The notes: generated from the sequence alone by a model not told the origin. DNA of 60,280 bases, filler included, from Sphacelaria rigidula (GCA_964200075.2; 5 parts of 5 records of this genome joined end to end with filler, not necessarily neighbours in it), one strand, 5' to 3'. Shown: positions 36,233 to 50,469, counted from the whole stretch's first letter. Numbers and translations are program-made.

Positions 36233-39200
36233 TATCGCCACTTCCCGAGACAGCCACAGCTTCTACACTGCCTCATGGGTGTCTCACCATCACCGGTCGA
36301 ATTCCGGGGAACGGCGAGAGGATCTTCCCTTCCGTGCGATGGGATGAAGTCTGGCGTGCATCGGTGGAACCGCAACCTCCTTATTTTCAGAACGAAAACG
36401 GCGTTTCCGGGCCCTTCTACACATGAACATAATTGAACATGAGTTGATTAAGTTTGCGACGAGATTTCGTGGGGCCCCTCCCCGGGTCGTGCGGCAACGG
36501 CTTTTTCGTGAAAGACAAATAGGACGTTGAAGTAATACTTCACACATGAAACGGGCTGTTGAAGTACCGATTGTCAACCTTCCAACCTTGGGTGTCCAAG
36601 TCTGCAAATGGCTTGCAGTCAGCACGCTAGATCACCGCTACTGCTGACATACTTTGATGCAATAACGCTTTTTTCGATCTGTGGTGTCCAAGTGCGAACA
36701 GCAATGCCCGTACCATCTCAGTTCCCAACCACGCGAATATTCCGGAGGGGTGTCTTGTGTACGACGTCAGTCGAAATGCAATTTTGAGCGGGTATGTTGG
36801 ATTTCGACATCTCGGTATACAGTGATACCGTGACCATCGAAGGTACGACATTTTGAAATTCTATATCAGACCGGTCTCGGTAGGGTATGATATATCCCAC
36901 ACACCAGTACCGGATACCTGCCTCATCCTTCACACCAACTCCAAAACTGTCATCCGGCAGTGCGAAGAAATTTCGGGGCGTGCCTTAGCCCCCCCTTTTC
37001 TCGGTCATGAGATGCGGCGGTGCAATCAATCCTGTTGGGCGGTCCTGCAGAACAACCACGTGAGCTGGTCAGGAATGACGAGTACGCCGTCTGCACGAAA
37101 CAGGACAATGTTGCTGAAAATCCACGTATGTAGCCGCAGGGTCATGAAGACCGAAAGTTCATCAAATCTGTCTCCAGGTGCGGGGCGCGCATAAGGTGAT
37201 GTATATCCCATACGTATTCAAGCAAGCAGTATGGGTCGCGGTTGAGAGCTCACAAGAGGATGCAGCGACCGGCGGGCCGCCCGCCACTTGTGGCTGTGAA
37301 TGTTCATTCACCATCACCTCGTCACACAGAATAAAGTTCCTGACAAGGTTTATTTTGGACAGCTACTCCAAGGCACCGCTCTGATAAATAACTCATGACC
37401 ACATCTTCTCCTGTTGTAGTTCATGTAAAAATCCCGGAGATTTGTACAACCGGGCTCATAATCTAGACTGCGTGCAGACGCTGGTAGTCAAGGGGCATTC
37501 AAACACGTTGTTTAATGCTTCAAATTCCTGAAAAACCTCAGTGTGGGCGACGGGTGGGGGCGGGAGGGTTACATCATCTTAGATGGGTAGATACCTCGCT
37601 GATCATATGGATCATGACTATAGTAGGTACTATACTGTGCAGAACGTGCATGAACGGCTTCTCCCGGCTTGTGTCAAGCTCGTGTACAAGCTGCGTATGC
37701 TATGGCTGCACGGCAGGTGGTAGGGGTACATCAAGCTCTGACTGAGCAACGTCTGTATCAGCCATGTCTGCGTCTGTGTTGTCGTACCATCTGTTTTGGC
37801 GAAAAAACAGGGAGAAACAGGTTCGTAGACACCACTTCTGGATTTCCCTTATTCTTGACCGCCCCCGAGGGGGGGGGGGGAACTGTACCGGGAAAAACCG
37901 TTTCCCAGTCTGGGAAGCCCCTCGTGGTTGTGGTCATAAATTGCAAGTTGTGCTTGTGCGACGTGCGGTAAACTCAACCGTGAATAATTTCGTCGAGGTA
38001 CGGGATGGATGGGAAGGCCACACCCACAAACATACACCCCGGCTACTGGTATAATTGGGGTTGAAATGATGCGCGTATCAAACCTCGCTTCAGCCGGTCG
38101 CCGCTTGGTATAGTAGTCGGGTCGCAAGCAGACGGTTTGTGCCATACCGCATACAAGTTTACGTGACACTGAGGGATGGGATAGCAACCGTCCGAGTACG
38201 CGAAATACTACAGAGTAACTCTGCAATTGGCAGCGGGCACGACAAGGACGGCACGATACGAGTAGTCAGGTAGCCAGCAGGGGCATTATCGTTCCGTTCC
38301 ACGGGAGTAACGCTGCCTGCAAAAAGCTCCCGCCGGATGGACGAAGTGCTGCAGCAGCTCACTGTTGCCACGGTACTGTAATAACAACGTGGATGGACAA
38401 CAACTTTTGCACTACCTGTACTACGCTTGTAGGCGAGGAGTGTGCAACGGAGCACTGACTGTACCATTGGGGGTGTGGTGTGCGAGGAGTGTGTGGTACA
38501 GAGACAATTGCTAGAGAAGAGTCGCTGCGAATCGAAGGCTTTTCCAAAATATTCGGCAAAATCCTGCTGTCTGCAAATCGTGGCCGGTTTCCAAGGGTGT
38601 TCTACTAATGAAAAAATGGCCGTTCAAGGTCGCGTTTTGAAAACGACTTTTTTGCGGCCCAGCCATCATGTTTGAGGTTCGCGACCCAAACACCCCCCAG
38701 AGAGGATGTCGTGAAAGCCATTATACTGGATGGGAGTAGTACGATACAACGGGGCAGCGACCACCCTTCCTTAGGAAACCTGGGAGGGCTTATATGGGGC
38801 AGGTATGCGACCCTCACATGATTTTTGCGGTGGCATCACACTCGACGATAATCCTCGCGCTAGTCGTTCGGGTCTGGTTGATACATTTTGACTTAACGTG
38901 ATTAGGTGGGTCGCTTCCTGACATATTCATCATTCCACCAACCCGGGGTGAACCGCGTGAGAGGGGGGGATTGTCCCAACAGAGTGAATTCAAGCGAAAA
39001 CCACCGATCCTCGTCAAGTTGGGTCCTATGAGAAATTTGGAGCCATCGATCGAAAAAAGACGGGGGCATTTGTGAAATGGTATATGGTCACTCGTGTACA
39101 TTCCAGCCAGTCTGTACCGTCTGCTCAGCCCGTGTTTCGAGTCAACTCATGTTCATCATTTTGATGAATAGATGATGCGGCTCATACATTATTTGTGACT

Positions 39201-39627
39201 CATACGGTGCCGGCCCGCCGTCGAGAATATGTCTGTCAAGAATTGAACGCTCGAGAACATCATAACTTCGGAATTTGCACACAAGAACACGTGCTGTTGA
39301 GAACAAGGACACACACTTAAGGTGTACCATTGATGCTTCGGATGAAAGAGTATTGTGACTGCTGCGAGATGAGAACATTCGCAGGGGAAGGGGGCGACAG
39401 ATGGGCGATCCCAGTATTGGATTCAGGAGGGAGCTGGGTGTGTTTAGTGGGTACATCGGCCGGTGTATTTTTACGCTTTTGGGCAGATTCCCTGAAGGTA
39501 AACCCAAACTAGCACCAGTTCCCGAACACATGTTTGACAGCACCCCAGGACGAAGGGGCCCACACACGGTTCACGCACGGCACATGGTACGACACGCACA
39601 CGAACAGCATCATGGACCACACACACG

Positions 39628-39750
39628 GGTAGCATCATAGCCCTCACACGCGGATAGCATCATAGCCCTCACACGCGGATAGCATCATAGCCCTCACACG
39701 CGGATAGCATCATAGCCCTCACACGCGGATAGCATCATAGCCTTCACACA
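39628..39750. repeat. Minisatellite, about 5 x 25 bp (GATAGCATCATAGCCCTCACACGCG)
   Basis: Direct tandem units with no spacers. Confidence 0.95.
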
Positions 39751-42112
39751 CATGTGGCGACGAGTTGCCATCAGCTGGTGGCGAAAGAGCAGCAGCCGTT
39801 TACATATTCGCACATACGCTCACCAGGCAGCCGACCCAGCTACTTTTGTACATGGTCAATACATACAGACATGACCCCTCCGCAGCATGCTTGAATACAG
39901 ACAGGAGAGGAAGGTATTTCATGCAAGGTGCGACAGTACTGTAGGTATTGAATCTTGGACATACTGTGGCGTGTGTTGTACTGACCCTGAGCACCACTAA
40001 CTGTACCGTCTGCATAAATGTTGCGCTGGTGCCGTCGTCTTATGATACGCAATTCAATAACACATGACACAATCGGACAGGGAGGGTGACTGGAGGTGGG
40101 CACCTGGAGGAAAAAACGGTTGTAAGCAGGGCTCGGGAATCCCACAAGGCGTTAACCGGTCACAGTTGTGAAAAAAAAAGGCTCGTTTTTTTTTGCCGGT
40201 TAAATCAGTGCACCGAAAAACCGGTTCAACCGGCAGGAGGAGGCATCATCATGCCGGTTAAACATATTTCACCAGTTCAGTTGCGAAGTTTGAAATTGGT
40301 GCTTGTCGCTCTTATAGGAAGGGTGACATACAATACGTCACACGCTACACGCCACCCGTACAACTTTAACATGGAGTCAGCTCGCTAAGACCACAATACT
40401 GCGGAGGTGGCAAACACGGTTGCATACTCGAGACTGCCGCGAGGATTGTTCTGGAAACATCGCACACTACAATTCGATAGAGCTGTGAAGTGCTAGCGTC
40501 GGTAAATTTTGATAAAATAAGCAGATGATCTTGAAAAAAACAGGGCCCAAGTAGTGTTACGTGGTGACATCGGGCGATGGAAGCAGATTCCCCGTTCGTT
40601 CATGAGGGTATCATTGACCGTGAAACACAGTTATTTGTCTTTGATGCAGTGAGTGAATATAATTCGAAGAAAATTCGTCTCTACATTTCGTTTCAACAAC
40701 GATCGGGACAGGCTTGATACCTGAAATTCTCGAGGGTCGGAATCCATGCTGAAAAGTTAAAGGACCCCCGATGTCAGGTTAGCTCGTACGTCACCGGATG
40801 TTGAGTACAAATGATTTTGTTTTCATTGAACGTGGAGCGGATACAAGTATCTTCAAATCCTCAATGTGACAGGCGGTGACAAGCGGAAGAGCCTGAGAAA
40901 ATCGTCCGTGAGAAAGGAATAGTAAAAGAACAGTTTGGGTTCCGACTACTCCGGACTTCAGTTTTACTCCCTACTTTTTTCGTGTTCGCTGGGGATAGCT
41001 TCAAGACGTGCACAGCAGCTGTTCACGTCATCACAGACACCATTTCGTGTCACGCGTGAAATCCTTTCCCCAGTCGTCAGCCTCTGTGCTGTAAAGTTCG
41101 ACAGGTGTTGATCGGGTGCGGAGTGCCGAGTACGGAGGTGTGAGATTCAACCTTGCCGTCATAGATGATCGGTGTGTTCGCGAGTCTCCCCATCACCCGA
41201 CACTCGAAACAAACGACAACAACGTTAATTCACCTGCGCTTCAATGATTTGGAGGCGTTTTTCATTGCTCATCCGGGTGAAACAGTTTTCCGGTGAACCG
41301 GTTGATCCCCTCAAAAAATAACGCTTCCTCCTTTGATAACCGGGTTTTCGATTGTCTTATCCGGTGCCGACCTCCGAGGGCGTGTATCAGCACATTTTCG
41401 TCGATCGAAAATGTGCGGTGGAAAAAGAAAACACCGATCTGATGGTCGTTATTTCATCCGTCGTCGTTCATTTCGAAGATCCTTGGAGTCACGACTGATC
41501 AGGTCAGGATTTTCGTCCTTCACACTTTTTCGGTAAAAATATGATGTGCCAAGACACGGCCAATGTGTAACTTATTCCACCCGGACGGTGTGTGTAGGTC
41601 GTAGCTCCCCCCTCGGTGAAGGGGTACAGAATGACCCAGTAGGGGATGCGCCCACGAGAAGGCATCCCGACACCGGAGAATGACGCTCCCAGGCCGGGGA
41701 TTGGATGATGACAGTCTCAGGGTGACAGACGCGGGGAGACGGTCCGGGATGACCAGCCCCGGGTTATTAATAAGCGGGTCGGGTCATGCAGAAGCCATCA
41801 TGACAAATAGAATAATCGGTGTTGAAATAAGAACAAGAACCACATTTCAGGAGGAAAACTGGACGACGAAATCAGAACTTGATCGATAAGAAGTGGTGCT
41901 AGGGTTAGAGCGGCCAACAAGAACTGAGCCTCGCTCAAAAAAAGAGGTTTACGTGTGGGGGCCAGCACTGTACAGGTTTCGAGCTCTTGTATCATGCGGT
42001 ACACCGTCAACGGCACGTGTTTCTTAGATTTCAGGTCATGAGGAGTAGGTCATGAACACATGTTGACTCCCTGTACGAGCTGGGCCAGCCTAGAGGCCAA
42101 AAGTACGTTTGC

Positions 42113-42352
42113 ATGCGGATGCGCCGGCCAATATTTTGAGTTATACCCTGAAATTTGGTATGGATAATGCATGAGGCATAATAAAAAGTCGTGAGATGGG
42201 GGCGTTTCGCCGAAACCCGAAAAATGATTATTGCCCTCAACTCACGAAAAACACAACCTCAATGTGCTTTTTCACGATTTCTCATCATGCCCTATGCATC
42301 ATCCATACCAAATTTCAGGGTCCAACTCCAAATATTGGCCGGCGCATTCGCC
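42113..42352. repeat. Imperfect inverted repeat (arms about 85 bp)
   Basis: GCGCCGGCCAATATTT...CCCTGAAATTTGGTATGGAT pairs with ATCCATACCAAATTTCAGGG...AAATATTGGCCGGCGC. Confidence 0.8.
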
Positions 42353-45300
42353 TTTCAAGAACCAGATCGGTAGAAATTCGGAACAGTATTTCGCAGGCCG
42401 CTCACCGGCCCAGGTTTGGTTTTTGGGTATTGAGACTTTGTGTGGGCCCCCGCCACGGCATAATCAACCAGACTTAGTGGACCAGATTCTTCTTCATTCA
42501 TTCCTTCTCTGGTTGAGGGCGTCTTAGTATGGTCAAGACCATGTTTTCACGAGAATGCTCCAACCTCCATGAAAAAAAACGAAGGCCGTTTTTCTTTCAT
42601 TCGGCACTCTTCTGCGATTCTCCACACCAATTTTCGTTACCATCGGCGAAATGCATAAATCGATAGTTTCACAAAGATCTTAGTATTGGCGCTAACTCCC
42701 TCGGGTATAGGAATTACCAACATGGGGTTTAATCAACGAGAAGTATGGGCCCAAACTTTTGAGTAGATGGACACCTTCCCTTTGATTCGACGATTAATAC
42801 GATACGCGGACCACGGCCCAATTCGTTACCGGTGATGAGATATTGCTCTGCCAGGTTAAATCCGTTTCTGGGCTGGCCCAGCTCGTAGAAAAATGCCTAA
42901 TAAATCGGTTGTACATGTCACCCACACCTACAGTGAGGTGTGAATTGCATTCACATATATGTCAGGATAATGTCTCTGTGAGGGACGAAGAGTCGGCACA
43001 TCGTTGAATCCTGTCATGAAATGGGTTTTGTATCGGTCATCGTTGGCTGCATGCGGGACCAAAACTTGCACGCAGGTTGGACTCTCATATCATCAGGGAA
43101 GCTCATTGAACCTTGATTTGTCGTGACCGTGCATAGCGGAGCTCGGGTGTTTGCGGCAGTACACTCGTTGTCAAACTCAAACCGCTCATTTGTGAGCGGT
43201 GCAACAGACGTGTGTTTTTTCCGAATGGACGAGGATGAAAAAATTGACGGAAAACAACCACGTTAATTAGGGGGGGGGAAATAACGTGATTCATCGTGAT
43301 TCCAGTCATGTTCGTCATTTTGACGGATAAATAAACGGGTCATACATCATTCGTATTTCAGTCGGGTTTCGAGCTTTTGTGCCGTGCAGTACACCACCAA
43401 CGGCATCTGTTTCCTACCCGTCAGGGTCATAGGGTGTAGGTCATCAACACGTGTCGACCCTGTGGGAAAATGCGGATTGATTAGCTGCTGCCACTCACAC
43501 TCATCATGGGCATGAGTGGCATCTACATCCATGTCATGCGTATGTCTCCGTGCGGGACGGAGAGTCGGCACATCGTTGAATCCTGTCATGACATGGGTTT
43601 CGCATCGGTCGTCCTCTTCTCCCAATATGTTCGATATGTGCTCAAGATGACTGTACTGTGTTTAGTTTTCACCGTTTGGTGCATGCAGGACCGACACTTA
43701 AATACAGGTCGACTCCTGTCATATCATGGGGGGAGCTCGTATAAATCTCGATTTGTTCCGACAGTGAAATCAAGAATACACCACTACTCCAGTATACCTA
43801 TCGCTGTGCTCAACCCGTACTCGATGATGAAGGGTTGCGGTGGTAGCTGATAATGAGTTGGATGGAATCTTCGCGGGTTGGTGGACAGGTGTTATCTAGC
43901 ATGGCAGTATATGAAAAGAGTCATGTGCAGATTCCTGCCTCTCGACCGCATGTTTTCGACCCCGAAAGCTCAACTTCGGTCTTCTGTAGTTCTCGCCGCG
44001 GAACTGACTGTAGAATGTAAATTGAGGCCTTCTAATGACGGGAATACGGTGGGCCCATCAGATGATTGACCGCATTTCAGACAGCATAATGAGTTCTTTC
44101 AAAGGGATTTTGAAGACAAGGTATCCATCAATTTTGAAGACAACTCGCACCTGCCCTGACAACTCCTGGCTTTTGCGTAAGTTGGGCTCGGCTACTGCTG
44201 CAGCATGGAGTACATCGCGTTAGGTATGTACCGGGTGTACCCCCGGTACTTACCCCGGTATCCCATACTGTGTTATGCGTGGGTATCCTGGGTATGAGTT
44301 TGAGTTTCCAAAATACCCGATTGAGCGCGTACCGTAGGTTTTCTTGTAATATCGAAATCCCGTGGAATCGTGGTTGTTGTAGGTGTGGGTTTTAAAAATA
44401 CCTGAAAAAGGGGGTCTAGTGTATAGGTACAGGGTATAGTAGTGGATATTGAAATTTGTGGGTATCGTTACTACATTTGAAAATACTCGATTGGACCGGC
44501 ACCGGTGGTAGGGTATGAAATGCCCCGAATAACGGTAGCGGGTACCGGCCGAAACCTCACCTACGGTGCCTGTGGAACGATTATAATAATGAGCTCCTCA
44601 TCTCATCTGCGAACTTGTGTCATTTACATTCGAAAAGTGATTGCGAGAACCCAGCAACGGCCCAACCGTTACTGGCCAGGGTGAGTTATTTGTTGAGTCA
44701 GCGACGCCTGTACCCAAACGACGTTTGTGGTGGACAACGAACATAAGCAATGACAGTGAAAGGATTGAACCTCGCCCTAGATTCACGCAAGACTATATAC
44801 TTTGCTGCATCGCTCCACTTTTGGGCAATGTGTACAGCAAAACGATGACCGCTTCGGCCACCTCGGGACATTTCGTTTATTCGATAGTCATTCCCCGCCT
44901 CCATGCTTCAGGCCTGTATCCGAACCTTTAGAATTCCAGCAAATACAGTCGGTTGATCTGAAAAATCCCCACTGACTCTGTGTTGACCGCACCCAACCTC
45001 CCTCGAGACCCCTCAAGTGATCACGAACTCTCGGTCTTGCAATTTGTTCCGAGACGAAGTCGACGGCCAAAATATTTCCACCTATATGCTGTACTACTCA
45101 GCAGTGTCCATTCCACTCAGCGTTCAACTGTAGCTCTGCATCGATCCCCTCGGTACGTACTGACGGCTATACCCACGTACGCATTGGTGGGCGCCACTGG
45201 TTAAGAAAATGTTCCAGAATGAGCCAAGACGCTCCGGTCATACAGATATGCGCCACTTCTTTAGTACCCCAGAAGGCCGGGTTTCTCACCGTGGTGGTTC

Positions 45301-46510
45301 CCCCTGCCAAGCCGCATATCATTGAAGAGCTTGCACAAGTCGCCGATGCGGAGGAGGGCGGGATACCATGAGATGGCGTAAGGGTGCACAATTCTGCCCT
45401 CGACTGTACAGAAGTTTCACTATGTGAAAGGGGTAATGACGCTCGAGTGCAGGACTGGCAAGTGCAGAAGCGACGTCGACTTTTTGTGGTATCTGAGACA
45501 CCGCAAAAAATACTGGGTGGTCGTGTTGTGCGATGTTGTGTGGTTGTCGGAGCAAGCAATCTTCCCACCGGTCAATGGCGGTCAAGACACCACCGGGTAC
45601 ATTCATATCCAGGCTACTCGATTGCTGCGTCCCTGGGGGATCGAGTCAGCAAGATGCTACGAACTGACTGTTGTGCACCATGCACCGCTGATGGCAAATT
45701 CTTCTTAAACCGGACTGGAGTGGACAGGACCGTGCAGCACAACAGTTTTATGATGAAACAGAGTGTGTGCGATACAATCATTAATTATTCTGCTACAAGT
45801 ACGGGCTCGTCTCAGTTTTCCTCGAATCTCACCTTCGTCAAGCGCACTCGCACCATGGTGCATCGCGGTGGCGACCAACACACATCCAGAGACGAACCCG
45901 GATACCTTCATTGTTCCAGTCGGATAGGGTAGAACGGAGCAAGGCAACTGATTGCGCTGTGGGCTGTGGGCGAGTCGTGAAACGCAGAGCCTGACCGGTG
46001 AACAATGAAACGACAGCTCTGTTCAGTCTGGTCTAGAATATGACGTGTGTGACGGTGTGGACTAAAGAGGAAAATGCTGTGAAGATCCATCACAACAGGT
46101 TGTTTCTCCGTGAAACCGTTGAGCTTGACGGGGGGGTCCTGTCATTGTCTTATAATAGTGACCAGGTGAGTTCCAGATGCCATGTTTCAAATATGCAATT
46201 TGTCATCAAGTACTCATGGTTGTACATATAGTCTGTCTGAGTACAGTAACTCTTGTACAGACACAACAGTAGTATGCGGCTATCAGATTCTGATCTTGCG
46301 AGGGCTGACTATCCATGTCTTGCGAGGCGAGTTCATACCAACCCGGGGACAAAATCCCATCGGTAACCCTTAGGCCCCGGTGCGGGTAGTCCATCGAAAT
46401 CACGCATACCTTTTTCACTTAAATGTTATGTGATCTAGGTGGACTACCCGCACCGCGGTGTAAGGGTTGAGCCGCTTCTTCCGGTCACATAGTGGGCTCT
46501 CGGAGAAATA

Positions 46511-47132
46511 CCCTTAGACTTCAAAAATGGTAGGTCACCTGCTGAATAGACATCAATTTTCACTTGAAAAAAATGTGCGTGATCCAGATGGACTACTCGC
46601 ACCGCCATCCAAGGGCCGATTAACCCTTGGAGAGCCATGGGTTCACCGGCTGAATCGGCATCAATTTCACTTGAAAATGTATAAGTGATCCAGATGGACT
46701 CTCCGCATCGCGGTTCGAGGGTCAAGCGTTTCATCGCAGATTTTTTGGCGGAGTACAGGCCTTGGCGGATTTCGCCTCATTTAACCTGTAGAGATTCTAG
46801 CTCACTTTCCCGATCTTTCGTGACCGAGGTGTACTTTCCGGCCGGATTCCCGATGTGTTCACCAGCCCCAAAAATCGTCGAGTTTTCTCTGGGGGGGGAT
46901 TAGCCGAATCCAAAGCTTGGTAAATCTTTCAGAAGGGGCCCAATCCGGACTGCATTCCGCGGAAAATCTGCCACGAAATGCTCGAAAATAGCATTATACC
47001 GGCAGCCCGTTTTCCAACTGTAAGAAGTACCCTTACCGCGGAGTGCACGTAGTCTATCTGGATCATCCATATTTTTTTCAAGTGCGAATGTTGACGCCGA
47101 TTCAGCAGGTGATCTACCATCGCGTTCAAAGG
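46511..47132. mobile_element. Cluster of three ~100-bp piggyBac-like mini-elements (46511-46615, 46624-46721, inverted ~47030-47132)
   Basis: CCCTT...AGGG ends, shared core CACTTGAAAA...TGATCCAGATGGACT; homologous to 50983-51081. Confidence 0.65.
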
Positions 47133-48139
47133 TTCAAAGGTTTTGCTTTCGTCCGACTCTAACACTGGGTGTTCATGTTGTACATAAAGTGTCCTATTGG
47201 CTGAGTGTGCGCTGGCAAAGCTCAAACCTGCGCTGGCAAAGCTCAAACCGGCACCAACTAACTTTAGCCAAGACGCTTGATGGACACGCTGGGCGAGCAG
47301 AGCCGTAAACCTTGAGAAGATCCGAATATGTTAGTATAGATAAGGGTCATTATCATCGACAAATGAAAAAAATGGGGAGGTCTGAAATTTCGGCAATCGC
47401 CGAGGACTCATCATCCTGATCTGCTCTTTCTGTAAGCTATCTCATTGCAGATGGTGCTGATCTCGTTGTTTGCTTGCCTTCGACGGAAGAATAAAGAACA
47501 GCGTTATGCTACCTACCCGTGTATGGCGTTCATAACTGTGGTGAACAACCTTCTCACAACCTCTCTGTGACAACGGGGGGCAGGCGGACAGGCTAGGGCG
47601 TGGTCGACCGGCTCTCTTGGGATGCTGGAGCAGCACACATGACTGAAAAAACAGACTGTAGAAAGCCCCGAAGATAGATTGCAGCATGCTTGCTTTCTGT
47701 GAGTTGTATGCTCAGATACAGCCAATTAAACCACCAGATCAACACTTTTCAGACGGTGCGGTAGCGTACACACGTAGCAGCACAGCAGGCAAGTAGATAG
47801 CTACTGGATTGTTCCTGCTCTTCACTTCGAAAGTGCGTATGTCTGCAAACGACGACCACTATGCTTGACCCCAAGAGCTCCACCACCGCTGCCGGGACAC
47901 ACACCGTCTGAGGGAGGAGATAGATACCGCCACCCCGCGGTGCTATTTACTTTACGACATAGCCCAGGGTATCACTAGCAAGGTTCCTGATGACTGTCGC
48001 ATGCTTGCGAGCGTCACGGCGTGCGCCAAGGGCAGCTCTGCAGAGTATTGTGCTGGGGCGCGAAAAATCGGACTTTCGCCAAACGTGAAGGCTTGACGAA
48101 AAAATCTCGCCGCTTCATTTTGGGGGAATGTACTAATTC

Positions 48140-48207
<68 letters not shown>
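48140..48207. repeat. (TAT)n microsatellite at contig end
   Basis: About 22 perfect units. Confidence 0.97.
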
Positions 48208-48307
48208 NNNNNNNNNNNNNNNNNNNNNNNNNNNNNNNNNNNNNNNNNNNNTTAATTAATTAANNNNNNNNNNNNNNNNNNNNNNNNNNNNNNNNNNNNN
48301 NNNNNNN
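48208..48307. other. Artificial contig-join linker
   Basis: Same 100-nt structure as the other gaps. Confidence 0.97.
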
Positions 48308-48857
48308 TCTATCCCTGTGCTCAACTCGTGCTCTATGCTGCAGGGTTGCGGTGGTAGCTGAGAATGAGTTGGATGGAGTTTGCATGGTCCTGTGAACGGG
48401 TCTTATTTGGCGTGGTGGACAAGAGTCAAGTGCCGCTTCGTGCCTTTCGACTGCATTTTTCCATCGAAAAAACATGTGTTTTCACTCGTTGCATTCTTCT
48501 CCGCGCGCCGCTAATTATAACTTTGAGTTGAAGCCTTCGAGGAACATAAATGCGGTGGACCTATCAGATAGGCAAGAAAAAACGAACGAACTTTTTCGAT
48601 CGAAAAAAAAATGCGAAGACACGCCCTCAAAATTTTGGGAACTAATTCTAGTGAGAGCGGAGGAACATTTGCGTGATAATGCGAAGAGCAACGTCACATG
48701 GTTGCAAGGCGTGGGCTGTTGGGCTCTTCATGGGAAAGACAGTTGGCTTCCCGTCACTAGCAGTAGCCACGCTGGCTTCAATCCCATCACCAGCAGTAGC
48801 CGCGCGTGGGACACACACTCCACGTGCACAGCTCCCACAGAGAGATGCGCACAGCTA

Positions 48858-49368
48858 CAGTAGTGGGCGTCCTGCTCTTCGATAGAACTCGGAATTGCTA
48901 GCGTCGGTAGATTTTGGTACAATGAACAGATGATCCTCAGAACACAGTGCTTAAGTCAGTGCTAGTTGGTGTTATCGGGCGAAACGAGTAAATACCCCGT
49001 TCATCAGGAGGGTGTTTTTGACCGTGAAACACAGTTTTTCGGCTCTAGTTCAACGAGTAGGCAGAACTTGAAAAAATAAAACTGTACATTTTTTTGGAAA
49101 TATGATCGGGACAGGCTCGATCGACCGAAAATACCGAAGAGTAAGAATCCGAGCTGAAATGTCGCAGTGCCCCCGATGACCGGTCAGCCCGTAAGTCACT
49201 CAATGTTGAGTACAAATGATTTTTTTTTCTTGGGATATGGAGCGGATACAAATATCTTCAGATCTCCAATGTGATAGGCGGTGGCAAGCGAAAAGAGCCC
49301 AAGAAAATCGCCAATTACGAATCAATCACAAAATGCCTGAAAATGAATAGTTAGACCGCCCACTACTG
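48858..49368. mobile_element. Tc1/mariner-like MITE, same family as 219-763, opposite orientation
   Basis: Ends CAGTAGTGGGCG ... CGCCCACTACTG with TA duplication; the body matches the reverse complement of 219-700. Confidence 0.85.
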
Positions 49369-50102
49369 TATATCTCGCAGAACTTCGCCGAGTAAGCAAG
49401 CATGGACCCATCGGCGGGTAGCACGCACCAGCGCTGCCCAGCACGGTGGCTGTCACTTGCAAGGTGCGTGGGTGTTGTCGCACGGTCGAAACGCGGACCG
49501 TCTACGATGAAGAGCAGCAGAACGCAACAGCATCGGCACCGGCTGATCCAGACCCACCCCCAGCCCTACATATCTACTGGCAATAAAGAAGCTGTTGCTG
49601 CTGCTTCCTCGTCTTCTTCTCGTGCGGGAGGCGGTCCGTGTTTCGACGTGCGACAATCCCCATGCACCTGGCGCGTTATTGCCTCCTCCCTACTTGAAAT
49701 CGATTATAATCTGTCTGCGTGTTGTTACCCTCACAGCAGTTTCAGTACGAGTACGCGTAACTTTTTCCCCCCTGTATTGAACGCTGGCTTTATTCTCATC
49801 ATCAGCAGTAGCCACGCGTGCGAGACACACCCGACGTGCCCAGCTCGCTCAGAGAGATGCGCACAGCTACACATCCTATTATTGTGTGTCACTGTATCTA
49901 CTCTGCTGCCCTGAATCCCTTCGGCTCCTTCACTTGTTATTTTTTCAGTATTTTCTACTCCGGAGTATTATTTTATTTTATTTCCTCTCTTCTTACCTCT
50001 TCTTTTCCCGCTTTTTTGTTGTTGTAGGTCGGCCATTTCTTTCTGTGCTTCGCTTTTGATTTTTTTTTCTTCTATTCCTTCTTGTCTTCAGCGAGTGTTT
50101 CA

Positions 50103-50223
50103 GGCCGTGTCCTATCCAATTTCCAACCATCTGAAAAAATTAGTAGCGTGGACGAATCAGACACGAGCAAAATCGATTCGACCGCACGATTTCGACACCA
50201 AAACAATTTGATAAGACACGGCC
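50103..50223. mobile_element. PIF/Harbinger MITE, internally deleted relative of 4875-5064
   Basis: GGCCGTGTC ... GACACGGCC termini; TSD TCA; shared internal sequence AGTAGCGTGGACGAATCAG. Confidence 0.8.
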
Positions 50224-50435
50224 TCAGTGTTCTTCTTCTCGGGTACGTACGTCTGTCATGAGACCATGGCTGGACCCCTGGGGGGTCAGTTGAAGTGCCA
50301 CAATCAGTCGTACAATCAATCAATGAATAGCACGTAGCCAAGTGAGGAAGCACGGACCCAGCACGGTGGCTATCACGTGCGTGGGTGTTGTATTGTAGCA
50401 TGATCGAAACGCGGACAGTCTCTCCCATGAGGAAG

Positions 50436-50437
<2 letters not shown>

Positions 50438-50466
<29 letters not shown>
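50438..50466. repeat. (CAG)n microsatellite within a dispersed repeat (49380-49700 / 50330-50630)
   Basis: About 9 perfect units. Confidence 0.9.

Positions 50467-50469
<3 letters not shown>

Noticed and set aside
39628..39750. CRISPR array
   Set aside because: Direct tandem units without unique spacers, no cas genes, eukaryotic context.
48021..48263. Poly-Tyr ORF
   Set aside because: Translation of a (TAT)n microsatellite running into the N linker.
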